Positions 1-14,700 of a stretch of DNA of 64,000 nucleotides are shown piece by piece. Origin of the DNA: Bispira polyomma (taxonomy: Eukaryota); the NCBI GenBank assembly GCA_965649765.1, contig OZ287748.1:67084001-67148000 (forward strand), given 5' to 3'. The position numbers and the translations under genes are program-made. Each line of letters begins with the position of its first letter. Positions within the stretch are counted from its first letter, which is position 1. Under the pieces are notes generated by a model. It was not told the DNA's origin. It worked only from the letters and a program-made list of their open reading frames with translations, and did not search any database.

Positions 1-409
1 GTGTGTGTGTTTAACAAAAAAACTAATTCATTCAAACTGACACTCAAGTATTCCTTTTTCTAGTGATGTATAATATTTTCATATTGTTTCCTTCTTGTGT
101 GTGAATTGTGTCATGTTTGTGAAGCATGTTTTTAAAAAATATTAACCATTTTAGTTACAATTTTACACACTGCCATAAGCATTGTACGTCCCAATATACA
201 TAATAAAATGACACATATGATATATAAATTAGCACATAATTAAAATATAAATCTTTCTTTATTATTTCTACTCATGAAAAGGTAAATACATTATTCATAA
301 ATCGAGTTTAAGGTAGAAACATAAAAGTTGTGCAGTTTGTGAGAAGATCAAACAAACACACATAAAGTGATTATCGGTAGCGCATTTATGGGTTTAGGTT
401 CATAGCCCC
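1..409 (+). mobile_element. Right part of a related TTAA-flanked element
   Basis: Colinear similarity to ~59030-59420 (aaaaactaattcattcaaa, gttacaattttacacactgc, ctactcatgaaaa); ends CCCC+TTAA. Confidence 0.75.
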
Positions 410-1059
410 TTAAATAATTCTACAAATATTACCTGATTAAATTAAAAACACAATTGAAACAAAAATATGTCATAAGGGTTTGGCAAAAACAACAAAAGTA
501 AATTGAAAGAGTAAAAACCCAAAACATAGTAGAAGCTTAACTTTTTTGGATTTACCCACATAAACTTCTTTACAGTAACTCCTTTATAAAAAAGAAAGTT
601 AAAATAAATTGACAAACACCAGCTTTATTATAATAAAAGAAAAACTCTACCTTTAGTGTATATTTTTATTCTATTTTTTAAACATATTGGCTTGATTAGG
701 AATAAACTTTGAATATCACTATATTAGTGAACAAATGTTATATTATTATTATTATACATTTAAAAACAAAAAATCACATAATTGAAGCACATTGAGTTGT
801 GTGCAGCATTTCCTAGAAAACAAAATTTATTTTGTTATTTAAGAAATAAATTATTCCATTGTTGGTACATTTTTTTTCAAATTTGCCCTAATGTACTTAT
901 ATACTAATGGGTTAGTATTATTTTTAGCTATACCAATATAATTGATCAGTGCATTTTAGTTGCATAACCATTGCTTGTTAGTATACAAAATATCAATACT
1001 CATACCGAAGGGGAATGTTAAAATCTTACGAAAGAGTATAAGCGCCATAGTAAAAGCAT

Positions 1060-1950
1060 CTTAATATTGTCAATATTGGTGGTGAGGTCTATTTTTAGTA
1101 GTGTTTGCGGTTAATAAGTCAACAATTTTACTTTAAATCTAAAATATTGACTTTATATTGGGAGTGTGGGTGGTCTATAAGTCAATACTTTGACTTTAAA
1201 TTCAAAATATTGACTTTATATTGGTAGGGTTGGCAAAAAAACCCCAGTAGTATTTACAAAAAAAGCAGTAGTGTTGGCGAAAAAACCCAGTAGAGTTGGT
1301 TACAAAAACAGTGGTGTTGACGAAAACAACATTAGTGTTGGCGAAAAAACAGTAGCGTTGAAGAAAAAACAGTAGAGTTACTGAACTTTTTAGTGGTGGT
1401 GGCAAATTTTTTCAGTACTGTTGGCGAAAAAAAATGAAATAACAGTAGTTTTGGTGATATTTTCTGCAGTGTTGGTGAAAAAAAGAAATAACAGTAGTGT
1501 TGGTGAACTTTTTATGTGGTGTTGGCGAAAAAAAAAATAACAGTAGTGTTGGTGAACTTATTTAATAGTTGGCGAACTTGTTTTTAAAGTGTTGGCGAAC
1601 TTTTATAGTAGTGTTGGCAAACTTTTTCGGTAGTGTTGGGGAAAAGAAAGAAAGAACAGAAGTGTTGGTGAACTTATTCAGTAGTGTTAGGGAACACTAC
1701 TGAGTTTAATTAGCCAACACTACTATTTGTTGTAGCCAACACTACTAATACAAAGCCAATATTTTGGGTTAAAGACAAAATATTGAGTTATAAACCGCCA
1801 ACACTACTAATATAAAGTCAATATTTTGTATTTAAAGTTAAAAAATTGAGTTCATAGCTGCCAACATTACTAATATCAAGTCAATATTTTGGGTCAAAAT
1901 ATTAAGTTAGACACCGCCAGCGCTACTAAAAATATAACACCACTACTGTG
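1060..1950. repeat. Foldback-like repeat: AGTAGTGTTGGCGAA minisatellite arms in inverted orientation
   Basis: Many cagtagtgttgg units up to ~1690, then ccaacactact units; the outer arms (aaaatattgactttatatt / aatataaagtcaatatttt) are complementary. Confidence 0.75.
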
Positions 1951-2682
1951 TCGCTTATACTCATTAGTAAAATCTCAACCCAACCATACATGTAGAAAAG
2001 CTAACAGTAAATTTGCTAAGCCTAGTGGTATGCAGGTAAAAAATATTGTTGGTCCTTTGCCAATTTTATACCATAATTTTGCCTCTTTTTATATTTCCTG
2101 AATACAGGCCTACAGGTTTGAAGGCATCACATTTTTTGCACTTTATATTTGTAATTCAATCAGCAGGAATAAACTAAGAATAATTTATCTGCATACTGAA
2201 AGGGTTTATTTTCTTTTATTTTTGCCTGCTCTGTATCTATTAGGTCCGTAAAAATGTTTAATTTCTTAATTTGCCCGACTCGTTTTTAAAACTTCATACA
2301 ATTTGAAATCTAGCTATTATTATTGTGCAATCCATTTAAAGACATAAAAAACATTTCATTCAGACCCATTTGATGATTATTCAGAATCAGAACTATCTTA
2401 AGAAAAAAAATGTAGCCTGGAAACATTGACCTGAACTTTAATAATCTTGCCTGTAAGTAATTAGTAAACCCTTTGAAATCCTAAAACTACCCATTCCGAA
2501 CCCCTGCAAGTGAATTTACATCCGTAGGGATTTTGTGGTACACAATTTTCTCTAAGGACATTAACAGTTTTCCTATACTGCAGTTAGAAAACACGAAATA
2601 CTGTACCATGGAAAGTGAAGTCACATATTATTAGAATGTCTACACATTATGATTGGAAGGGAATCATGAACAATTGACTTAC

Positions 2683-2774
2683 TGAAGAAATCGCCGATGC
2701 TGTATCCAATTGTCTGTTCTGTTTTGAAGTACTTAATTTCTCCAAAGTACACATCGACTTGCATTACATTCTCT
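2683..2774 (-). CDS. DEG/ENaC exon: palm beta11-beta12 up to the DEG position before TM2
   Basis: (R)ENVMQVDVYFGEIKYFKTEQTIGYSIGDFF; cttcag acceptor, gtaagt donor; phase 2 matches the donor at 26067. Confidence 0.92.
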
Positions 2775-5700
2775 CTGAAGAAGAAAAATAATTTGTTTCA
2801 TGTTCACAAGATCAGGTGAGGTCAGATCTGTTTTATGAACTGAACTTTGCCCTTCATAATAAATAAATCTAGGCAAGTAGTAAATATAGGTTTTATTAAA
2901 TGGTGTACTTATGATTAGTTTTCAAGTAAAAATGTTATACAAATATTATTTAAATTACACCCGTGGTGGCCGAGTTGAATGGTTTTTGAGCTGAAAGATA
3001 ATTCAGCATACGTCACAAATAAAGCAACATAACGTACCTTATGTTCGTATAATCATTGGAAAAAGGTAAAACATGGTGAATTTGATATCCTCACATGTAT
3101 ATTTAATAGGATTCAGCACTTATTTGATAATAGAGCACAACAACAGAAAAGTTTTTCCATGTCAGTACATAGCCATCTTGGTGAAGTTGATGTCATATTC
3201 AGAATTCATTTTCGTACAAAATAATATTAAACATCAAACTTAAAATAACTTCTTCTGTCCTATAAACACAAACACAATAATACTTTTATTTATTTTAGAA
3301 ATAAAATATCAAATAATATATCAATAAAAAATAAGCTGATGTGGCATTTACATTATACTAATAGACTACAAAATAACTGTTGTGACGTTATGGGATTTCC
3401 CTTTTGTTGACAGTTGATTCTTTCCGTCTGTAAATTATGCAATTTTGTTCACTGTAAGTATGAACTATATTTATTCGATTGAGTAAAATGTGTTACATTA
3501 CAGTCATAGATCATGAAAAGTATTTTTTGGCATTTAAAATGTAGTTGGTTCTTTGTTAAATTCACTATGTTTACGGTCAACACATGCATTTGTTTACAAA
3601 CATTCCAATTCACGTCTGGGTAATATTTAAAATAATTACCGTAATATGCGAAAAATGTGCCATTGTACCGGAAAATTTAAGTTTATTGTTTAATGTTTGC
3701 AATATATTTTTTTAATTGACGCAATAATTATTTCAGAAGATGATGTCATTAAAAGAATGAAAACAGAAAAAGAGCGGCCATATGATGAAGAAGCTTTCAT
3801 AAATGCTGTTACAGCAGTAAAGTAAGAATAGTGATGAAGTTTTATGCAGGACAATAAAAACATAAGTTCTTTTAAAAATAGATACATTTTACTGGGGAAA
3901 GTATGTTTATAATGTAGCGGGCCTATGTATTTTCAAAATTTTGATTGAATTGTGATAGCATGCAATATTAGCAGTCAAGGCTCAAACACATAAACCAGGT
4001 ATTAGTTTCAAAATATTACCTGTTGTATAATTAGGTTTCCAGTATATTATGCCTCTTTATACTGTTATGAAACTTGGTATATCAAACTGTATATGTTAAT
4101 AAATGTTGATCAACTATGAGATATATCTAGCCCAACCAGATAGTATTCTGATAAACCCTAACAGGTGCTCCCAGTGCAACCACTATATCAAGGAGCCACA
4201 GGTTATTACCTGGATACAGAAATTATATACCCACAAGCCTGCTCACCTTGGTGACTAACTACCCAGAACTGGTCTCAATTCAAGTTCACCCAATATACAA
4301 ATAAACTATGGAATATTCAACAATTGGGCAATCAAACACAAAGCCACAAGATTATTCAAAGCCAAATGTCATATGGGGTTTAACCAGCAAGGTCAATCAA
4401 TGGTAACGAAAGGTTAAACTGCCATATTATACTTTATATATATATTGTACTATTTAACATATCACACAATGTGTGGCCAATAATATTTAACTGTTTCAGT
4501 GAAACTTAAGTATAATTTATATGGATTATCTTGCTGCTATCTCCACTCAGTTGGCTGCTACTTTGAGTGGGAATTTAAGATGCGCACCAGCTTCAGATCA
4601 CCTGCACATCAACCAAGCCAAGCAAAGAAAGAGACAGATTTCTAACTACTCTTAATTTATTTTAGATATAATAGCACACAATTTTGTGATAGGGGTTATA
4701 GAAATAGTTATAAAGGTGTTAGACACACATACAAATTCACAATTATGTGGTTTACGAATCTAACTTTTAGTTATTTATCAGTGAATGTTGCAACTATATT
4801 TACTTCAAAATCATTCACATACTAGTATTAGAATTATCACAAACTAAAACATTTGTCACAAGTTAATATCTAAATTAATTGACTTTTAAAAGTATATACC
4901 GACTAGCATAAAATAATTCAGAGTACAAATTATTCTGAGGACTACAAAATTACCAATTTAGCAACTTATAAATATTACCAGTACAGCTTCAAACTTGTAG
5001 AATACGATAGATGGTTAAGAATTCAGTCAAAAATGTATAAAATCTAAACAAGCTCAATTCCAGGCCAGGTCAAGGACAAATAAATGTTAGTTCCACATAA
5101 ATCAATTATCTGTAGTTTCATTGGCTGAATATTCAGGGCTAGTTTATATACATAGTTTGCATTTCTTTATTAAAATTGTTGGACTTCGGACAAAAAGAAC
5201 CGCCATATCGGCGCTCCGTGTTTTAGTATACACCATTCTTGCTTCCTCTTCCTCTGTTTCCGGTATTACACCAGCGGTGCATTTAATAGTTATGTATGTT
5301 TGTATAATCAGTGAAGATGGACTAAATAAAATGTTATAGAAGTAATCCACTGAATCTATGTATTAATCATGTTTACCCCACACGTTTAAGTGCATTTCAC
5401 CTCAACAGGTTATGGCCTCAGGACTGCAAGTGCCACTAGCGTGACCAGGGGGCTGTTTTTCAATGGTGATGTTGATAATTATGAACTGTGGGAGGTTAAA
5501 TTTATGGGACATATGAAACTACAAAAATTGCACAAGGTTTTTGAAGGTCCCCCAGATAGTGTGGGTGCAGAGGACAATGCTTATGCTTTTGCTGAGTTAG
5601 TTTATTGACGATCGGAGTCTAAGTCTTATCATAAGAGATGCCAGGGACGATGGTAGAAAAGCGGTAGAAATTGTGCGTTAACATTATATGAGTAAAAGCA

Positions 5701-8700
5701 AAAACAGAATAATCGCACTGAATTAACTTGCATGAAACTCGAAGAATGCCAAGACCTGACTGACTATGTAATCAAAGCGGAAGCAGCTTCGAACACATTA
5801 AAAGAATTGGGTGAAACAGTAAGTGACAGTTTGTTAGTAGCCATGGTCTTGAAGGTATTACCCAGCAATTTCCAGAAATTTTGCACAATCATAACACAAA
5901 GGGAGAAGGAAATAAGCTTTTCTGAAGTCAAAGTTGCACTTAGATCTTATGAAGAAAATGAAAAGGGAAGAGAAAATCCAACAGGGGAGTCTGTCATGAA
6001 GATAGAAGAAAACAATGCAACAGCTGATACAAAACCTAAGGTGATCTGTTATTCCTGTGGCCGACCTAGCCATATCCAATCCTCGTGCAGGGAGAATCGA
6101 AACAGGAATAACCAGACCGGTAACACAGGCCGTGGACGTAACCGTGCTTGTTGTTTTGGCCCCTGTCTGCGTGGTAAAAGTTACAGAACAACAAGGTCCG
6201 GAGGTACGTCACATCGAGGAGGTCACTATTCCTACTATAGCGATGCACAGTACAACACTGCACGGATGCTACATGGTGAATCACAGAGAGACGGCAACGA
6301 CAATGAGTTTTTGTTTAAAGTTGGTTATAACTGTGACTCTGTAAATGTCAATGATCATATGGTATTGGTTGACTGTGGTGCCACGGCACATATTGTAAGT
6401 GATAAGTCTTGTTTTGTTAAATTTGACCAAAGTTTTGATTCAGAAAGGCACACAATTAAACAAGCTAATGGCAGCCGACAAAAAGGGGTTGCTCATGGGA
6501 AAGGAAAGTTAAATTCTTGATTCAGGACAAAAATGGTTTTGTAAGGGAAATTCAATTAGATAATGCCCTGTTTGTCCCTACATATAAGCAAAATATATTT
6601 TCCACCAGCTGCCACCAGCAAAGGTGCTTGTGTCAATTTTACCCCACATAGTGCTGAACTAGTAACGAGAAATGGTTCAAGGTTTGGTATTGAAAAACGT
6701 GGCTGGTTGTATTATCTGAATTCACTAAAAAACTTTAGGCCATTGTTTAATTTATTAATTAATTTGGATATTTAACGTCCACTCTAGTACCTGTTTAGGT
6801 TATATTGGGATGGGTAGTTGGAAACGCTGGAGGAAACACTGCATGCAGTTGATCAAGGTTCTGCACTGAAACCAGCGGCCTACAGAAAGGAACTACCACC
6901 TTTCCCACATAGGCATCGACGGGATTCAAACTCACGCTGCCCAGAGGTGAGAAACCAGTGATTGTGAAGTGCAATGCTTGCTAACCACTAGGCCACCACG
7001 GCCCCCAATAGACTATGAATTGTATATTGAACAACCAAAGGGGTTCAAGAAATATGATGTAGAAATAATGTGTTGGTATGTAGACTCAAAAAGTCGTTGT
7101 ATGGTCTCAAACAAAGTGGTAGAAATTGGAACTGTATGTTGCATAATCTATTGATCAGTGATGGTTTCAAACAGTCTTTGTCAGATACTTGCATGTATAC
7201 TAAAAACACTTGAGACTTTAAAGACAATTATTATTGTTTGGGTTGATGACATTATCATAGCCGGTTCAAACACTGATATTGTCATGGTTCCTGAACATTC
7301 AGTTTATGTGTGAGGGAGGTTCAATAAAGATGAACCAAAACCAAACTCATTGAACAAATTATTGTGAAGTTCAAATGGACAAATGCAAACCAAAGGCAAT
7401 CCCTTGTGACCTTGCAGCTAATAAATTAAGTGAAACTGATTCAGTCCCTTTGGAAGATGCAAGGCTGTATCAATCTACAGTAGGCAGTTTAATATACATT
7501 GTGACCTGTAGTAATCTAATCTAATCTAATCTAGTCGTACTTTTATAGCGCTTAATCTTTGTACAACAAATTCTAAGCCGCAACAAACCCAAAACGTTAA
7601 TCGAAAATCAAAAATAGTGGGCGGATGGAAGTCGTAACCAGGGAGACTACCGTAAATGGTTGCGACGGCTAAGGTGGAAAAACCTGTTCAAAAAGATAGG
7701 CCTTCAGCTTACTCCTGAAAGAGGAGAAAGTTTGAGCCAGGCGAACATGATCAGGTAGGCTGTTTCAAATGAGGGGGCCATCATGAGCTAGGCAGTGATT
7801 GAACTGAACTTTGGATTTGTGGATGCTAGGGTCGAAAGTGGGAATGTTAAGGTATAATTTATCAGGGTTACTGCGCCTTGTCCTGGCTGAGCATGTATAT
7901 TTGGATAGATGGGGGCTAAAATAAGTGGGTAATCCAGAATTTAGAAATTTATATATTATTGTTGCTGTTTTGAAAGCAACACAATATTTTATTGGGAGCC
8001 AGTGCAGTGACTTCAGTACAGGAGTAATGTGGGAAAATTTAGGAGTTTTGGTCACAATACGTGCCAATGAGTGTTGAATATTCTGAAGGCGTCTGAGATC
8101 ATTACAAGATAAGGAACAGAACAGAGAGTTGCCGTAATCAAGCCTGCTGCTGACCAAAGCATTGGCAACAGTGATTGCAGTGGATTTGGAAAGATAGCGT
8201 CGAATCTGCCTGAAATCACGGAGGCCAACAAAACAATAGGTCATTAAATATAGTATTTTTAATTATTTTTTTCTGTCATTAAATTGGTATGCCTGGGCAT
8301 ATGGGTTCCACACTAGCTACATACCTGTAATAGAATTACTATTGTCTGTCTTAATATATTTAATTTGAGGTTTTTTTATTTAAAAATGTGCCTGTGAATT
8401 ATGTACCTGTGAATTATTTAATTATATATTAATTGCTGTCTATAAATTTACAAGTTTTTGTATTGAATGCACAACATGGTGTTTTGTGCATTATTTAAGA
8501 AGTATACTACATCTGTGGTCGTTACTTCGGCCGGGTCAATACTTTCGGCCACTACCGTGATATACAAACCACAATATTCACAATATTCAAACCCCTTTCG
8601 GCGAAAGCTAAGTCACATTAAGTTTGAAACTATTGAAGGTAGTGCTAGAAATGTCCTCTGGAAATTAGGTATAATATTTTATATGGTCACATAATTTTTT

Positions 8701-11700
8701 TATTTGTGTGACTGAACTTGTGTAGACATATTCTACAATATTTAACTTTAGTTACAACACCAACATGGCCGAAAAAATTATCACTGAAAAAAAGAAAAAC
8801 TTAACGCATTTCAATGAACAGTTACCGAGAACTTGGAGGCATGCAATCTAGTGTTTTATTATGTAATTATAGTTTAGTATGAAAGAGGCATCATATTGTA
8901 ATGATCGATTATCACTAAAAAGTGGCCGAAGTAACGTCCACTGATGTACCTCCAATGAAGCTGTGTGAGTACTGCTGTAAGTTCGGAATTTACTTTCAGA
9001 AATGGTCATTTAACATGTGGGAAAGCAGCGACGTTGTATGGTGTCCCCAAAACAACAGTCTGGCTCCACGTACAGAAGTGGAACAAGCTAGGCGTACAGC
9101 CAGGCTTAATAAAATTGGGGGGAATTTACAGCCTGACTGCTGAAGAAGAAACCAGTCTCGCAGAATACATGAGGTGACTTTCACTTAATTTATAAATAAC
9201 ATTATTCAATTGTTGGGCTGCCTCATAAGGCAATTTAGAGTACAATATGCGAGAACTACAAACAGGGCTAGGTGTATTTCTATATATTGTGTCCAAATGT
9301 GGAATTCTTTAGATATAAATTGAGGAAAATGTAACTCGTTATACAAATTTTAAAAAATTCTTAAAGGTAAACTCATTAATGAGTATTAGATATTTGTCTT
9401 ATTCTTTTGTGATGTATTGATAAGTTTTTTAGTCTGGTTATGTGTATTTATAATTACTATTAACTTTGTATTACATAAGCTAGAAGTAATTAATTTTGGG
9501 TAGCTATATTTGTATCCCGTTTATTCTCAATCTCAGTAATATTATTTTGTGTATGTATGATAATTTTATGAATGGCCATGTTAATATTATAACAACAGAT
9601 ACAAACAAAATTGTGTAAGTATTTTAGCAACTTCATCTGTCCTTGTAAAAATAATTCAATGTTGCTTTATTTCAGTGTTTTATTTTGATAGTTAAATTTA
9701 CACACAGTAATCACCAAAGTGGATATGGACAAAGGCGCTAATTCAGCATTCATTCAAGAAAACAGGTTTGAATTAAAACATGATTATATATATTGTTTGT
9801 ACAGTGAGATATCATAGTAGTTTGTATAAGTTATCAGTATGTGTTTAAATGAAATGGACCCCTTCTAACTTTTGCATTATGTACATAATCTTGATCAGTA
9901 TTCACAGGGAGAACTGTCAATATAAAGTATTACAACCATATTCAGTAGAAACTCCATTTTCCGAACATGCTGGGAGTGCAAGGTTTCGTTCAGATAAGGT
10001 TTGTAAAATAGAAGAGACATTTCTGTATTAAACAATAGCAAAACATAAATTTGATAGAGTAAAATGGTGTCTAAATTGAATTGTGATAACAGAAGTTCGG
10101 ATAATAGAGGTTGTACTGTATATGTGGAACAATAATTAAAATTATTTTGTCAGTATTATTATTGTGAATTTTAATAGTGCTTTATTGATGCTAGGTATCT
10201 TCTTAAGTGCAACAGCAGAATCATTGATGTAATCGCAAAATCTGTGGACATAGCAAAGCCGTAAGGAAGGAAGTAGGAGCGCGCACAAGGGAAGCTAAAG
10301 TGGGTAGGCAAGGTTAAAAAGATAGGGTTTTAATTCTATGTTCTTTGTTCAAAGGTATGTATCCTCCAAGTATTACATTTGTGCTTTAGATGGTGCGAAA
10401 ATGTTTCAATACCCTTTATGTACGAGCTACTGAAGGTATTTGCCTATGAGATTCTAGCAATACGTGGAACAGGTAAAAAGGTACATTTTACAACTTTCAA
10501 TAATGTACTCATATATCCATATTGTGTTAATTATCAGGTATATACTTAATTAGCTGAATTTATGAGCAGTCATATTACACCTAATTTTTTGAAATATTGC
10601 TACACTACTGCCCTGGTTCGTCCGAGCTATAGTATGTATGTAAATTATCATAATGTAGTAAACACAAACTCTTTCTTTTTTGTAATTTATCAAACAACTT
10701 TCAATAATGTACTCGTACAGTCCTATTGTGTTTGGGAATGTTCGTGGGGTAATGTTAATCTGCAATTTTATTAATAATTAAATTACTAATTTATTTTATT
10801 TATGTGATTTTCAATTGTCTCAAACATGGACTTACTGCTTTGCAAAGAGGCACAACTTCTCTGCCAGAAAGCCAAGGCACATTCCGTGTGATAGAGAATG
10901 GGCCTATTCTGACCCAGACAATGTTGTCCATTATTTCAAGTTGCTTGAGCAGCAAATGAAGAAATTGAACCTTTTCGCCAAACCACATTGTGTGTGGAAC
11001 GTTGATGAGAAGGGCTGGTCGAAGGAACAGGCACTGCGGCAGCCTGTTCTCTGCACTATTGGACAGCACCAAGTTAGTTGCAGTTATAGTATTAATATGA
11101 CAATATAAGACTGCACTAAATTGCAGAAGACATCTAAAGTTTATGCAATGTAGTATAAAGTAGACATTAAAATTGTATGAAAACCTATAGGTCTATGCCT
11201 ATACTGTTTAGGATTTGCGTGAAAGTCAATCACAAGAAAAAAAACAAAACATGTATTACTGTTGATGAAAAGGAATGGTACAATGATCAAAGTTTGCAGC
11301 GGCCTGTTCTTTGTACGGTTAGACATCACCAAGCTAGTGATAGTTTCCGAAAATGTCATTGTTCTGCAAGTAATGCATTAACTAAATATCATGTGAAATA
11401 TGTAATTTCATTGATTTGCAAAAGACAGAGAATGAAATATGCAATAATTTGTTGAATAGAAAATTTAAACTTGATACAGCCATTTTTTTTAGGTAAGCAC
11501 CATGTATGTGTATGTATGTGCATATAATTTCAATTTAAAAGAGGTTCCTGTAATGTCACTTGAGTGTTTAACATTTAAGCAAAGTATATGAAATATTAAA
11601 ATAAATGTCTTATTTTTTAGGCAAAAACAAGACAGATCTTCATCAACGAGCACATTACGACAGTACACTGTATCAGTGAAAGTGGTGCAGTAATACCACC

Positions 11701-14700
11701 ATACATCATCTTCAGCAAAAGATTACCTAGTGACATTGTCGTCGCAGATTTGCCCGACGCGTGGAACTTTGGTTGTTCCGAGAGTGGCTTCTCGAATAAA
11801 GAGCTGTTTTCCCTTTGGTTTAAGTAAGAGAATATTTTTAGTTATATATGTTAAATACTCACCATAAAATTAAACATATGCATTATATGGCTTAATAACA
11901 GCAATAATTTTTATGTAATATTATATTTAATAAATATATTTAGGTATAATTTATGTTGTTCAGTCATTTGAGGGAGTAACATTAGATCATATATAATACA
12001 AAGTAAATGTCATTGGGATAACGCTTTACATATAATGTCTGTTTCACAAAAGTAAATCTGCATGTAAAATTTAAGGTAACATTAATACATAAAAACTCAT
12101 TTAAAAATATAATGTGTGTTATATTACATCTATTATTGTGTCATTTAAAAAGATATTTATTTGAAAACAATTGAACCCTTTTAATTGAAAACCAAACAAC
12201 CTGGTAAGGAAATATGCAGTCTGATGAAGAGTTTTTCTCTAAAGGGGTTCAGTGCTCTATTTGACAACTTTGGCAAATATTTCTACCGAACATCAGAAGA
12301 GAGAGGCCTCAATTGCTGATTTATGATGCAGCATCTTGCCACATATCGTTAGAAATAGTGCAGGTCGCCATAAAGGAGAACATATCGATTATTACACTGC
12401 CAGGCAAATCAACTGCCTTTTTACAGCCAGTTGACCAGATCCTGGCAAACCTTATGTCAACATTAACTGACTAGGCCTTTAACCTATCTTTTATGTAGAC
12501 TGACTTCCTAGTTAGACCAGGAAATTTTGCCCCAGTTCTCAAACAAGCCCTCCAAAAATCGTGGACAAAGGCGCTAATTCAGCATTCATTCAAGAAAACA
12601 GGTTTGAATTAAAACATGATTATATATATTGTTTGTACAGTGAGATATCATAGTAGTTTGTATAAGTTATCAGTATGTGTTTAAATGAAATGGACCCCTT
12701 CTAACTTTTGCATTATGTACATAATCTTGATCAGTATTCACAGGGAGAACTGTAAATATAAAGTATTACAACCATATTCAGTAGAAACTCCATTTTCCGA
12801 ACATGCTGGGAGTGCAAGGTTTCGTTCAGATAAGGTTTGTAAAATAGAAGAGACATTTCTGTATTAAACAATAGCAAAACATAACTTTGATAGAGTAAAA
12901 TGGTGTCTAAATTGAATTGTGATAACAGAAGTTCGGATAATAGAGGTTGTACTGTATATGTGGAACAATAATTAAAATTATTTTGTCAGTATTATTATTG
13001 TGAATTTTAATAGTGCTTTATTGATGCTAGGTATCTTCTTAAGTGCAACAGCAGAATCATTGATGTAATCGCAAAATCTGTGGACATAGCAAAGCCGTAA
13101 GGAAGGAAGTAGGAGCGCGCACAAGGGAAGCTAAAGTGGGTAGGCAAGGTTAAAAAGATAGGGTTTTAATTCTATGTTCTTTGTTCAAAGGTATGTATCC
13201 TCCAAGTTTACTGGAGATCAGTAAAAGTCCTCAATTAACGAAGGAATGCAGGGAAAAACTGCATGCCCTTTGTACACAGGAAGATGACTGTAGTTCACCT
13301 CAACATGTAGAACCAGAGGACAACAGTAATTCCAACATAGAAAGCACTCACACTGATCAGCTGCAGGATGAAATTTGTGCATGTGGGAAAATAATTGATG
13401 ACCCCTGTCTGGACTGTATACACAGATACAAGGTTTATCTTTATATAACAGATTAAATAAAACAAATTAATGAACTGTACACAAATTTTAAATTAGCTTG
13501 AGTGTATAATTACTTTGGACAGTCAGTTTTTACATAGTGGCACTTGGCTGTTACAATATTTCTATTTAAGAGTTTAATGGTTCATTTATGTTTAATTCAT
13601 CTGGCCTGTACGCCAGTATAACATTAGAAAATGTAATTTATTAATTGTCCTAAATATGTGTTGTAAGTTATACATTACATTACGTATGTGATTAAACTAA
13701 GCAAATGTTATTTTTTAATACTTTGGTTTAGAAACTACACGATCCGCTATATAAAGCAGGGATCATTACTGAAGGGCTGTCAGACTTGGATGCCACAGGA
13801 AAGAAAAATCCTGGCCACAGTCCTTTATAATAAGCTAAGAGTCATAATTGACCCCAATGGGTCATGGTGGCTGACCCCAGGTATTATATCATTTTTGACC
13901 TTGATGGGTCATTGCAGTTAGGTGCCTTAATCGGCTGATACTTTAAATGTGGTATTTACTGATGTGTGATGTACTTGAAATGAGGAAGTCAGATGCAGGT
14001 TTGGGAGTTTATTTTAAAAGCCTTCTATTTACAGCTGTACAGAATTTTAAAAGTTACATTTTAAAACATGCCAAGGTCAAAAAAGCTTAAATAGAGGGGG
14101 GGATGATGGCAGCGAAAGTAGAAGGAATAATGGATGCTGCATGTGATGTTGATTCTAAGTAGGCCCAAACCGCATCTGACTTCCAACATCCATGTTTTTG
14201 AATGTCTTGAAGTTTTATGTTCTGATTGAACGCTAGGGAGGCTCCTGATCGACGGAAGCAGTGAAAAGAATGACCTTGTAATGGAATATTTAAAAAAGAA
14301 AGGATTTGTCTAAGTACTCCTCTGAGTTTTGTGTCCGTTATGCATTTACCACTTTATTGTGGATCAGGTAATAAAGGAAATACTGAAGGTAACTTGTATG
14401 ATCTAAACAGGGATGAAACTGCTTCCACCGGACAGAGCCAAGGGTTTTGAAGTTTTGGTAGTTGTATGATGTTAGGTGATGTTCTGTTTTGATTAGTTTT
14501 TGACCATTTAAGAATGAGATGAATGCCAGGAGGAGCAAAAATGATGTCTGATCTGGTAAGGTGTCTGGTGGGGTCAAAAGGTTGACCAGATGAGGGGGTG
14601 AGGTTAGATATTCTTTAAAACCCGAAGTAGGCTATGAGGAAAGCAGCCCTGTATAGCTCAGGGAAGTCCAGTTGAGAACATGCCTTAGATATGTTCTGTA

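Noticed and set aside
1202-1700. CRISPR-like appearance of regularly recurring motifs, and the small ORF 1202-1405
   Set aside because: Eukaryotic context, degenerate units, no unique constant-length spacers and no cas genes; this is a minisatellite.
9849-10031. Duplicated 60-aa ORF (also at 12685-12867)
   Set aside because: It lies in a transposase intron, is duplicated only as part of the 646-bp segment, and has no recognisable motif.
12215-12260. CTGATGA-AGAG..CTCT hammerhead-like motif
   Set aside because: Lacks the GAAA core and a convincing stem I/III.
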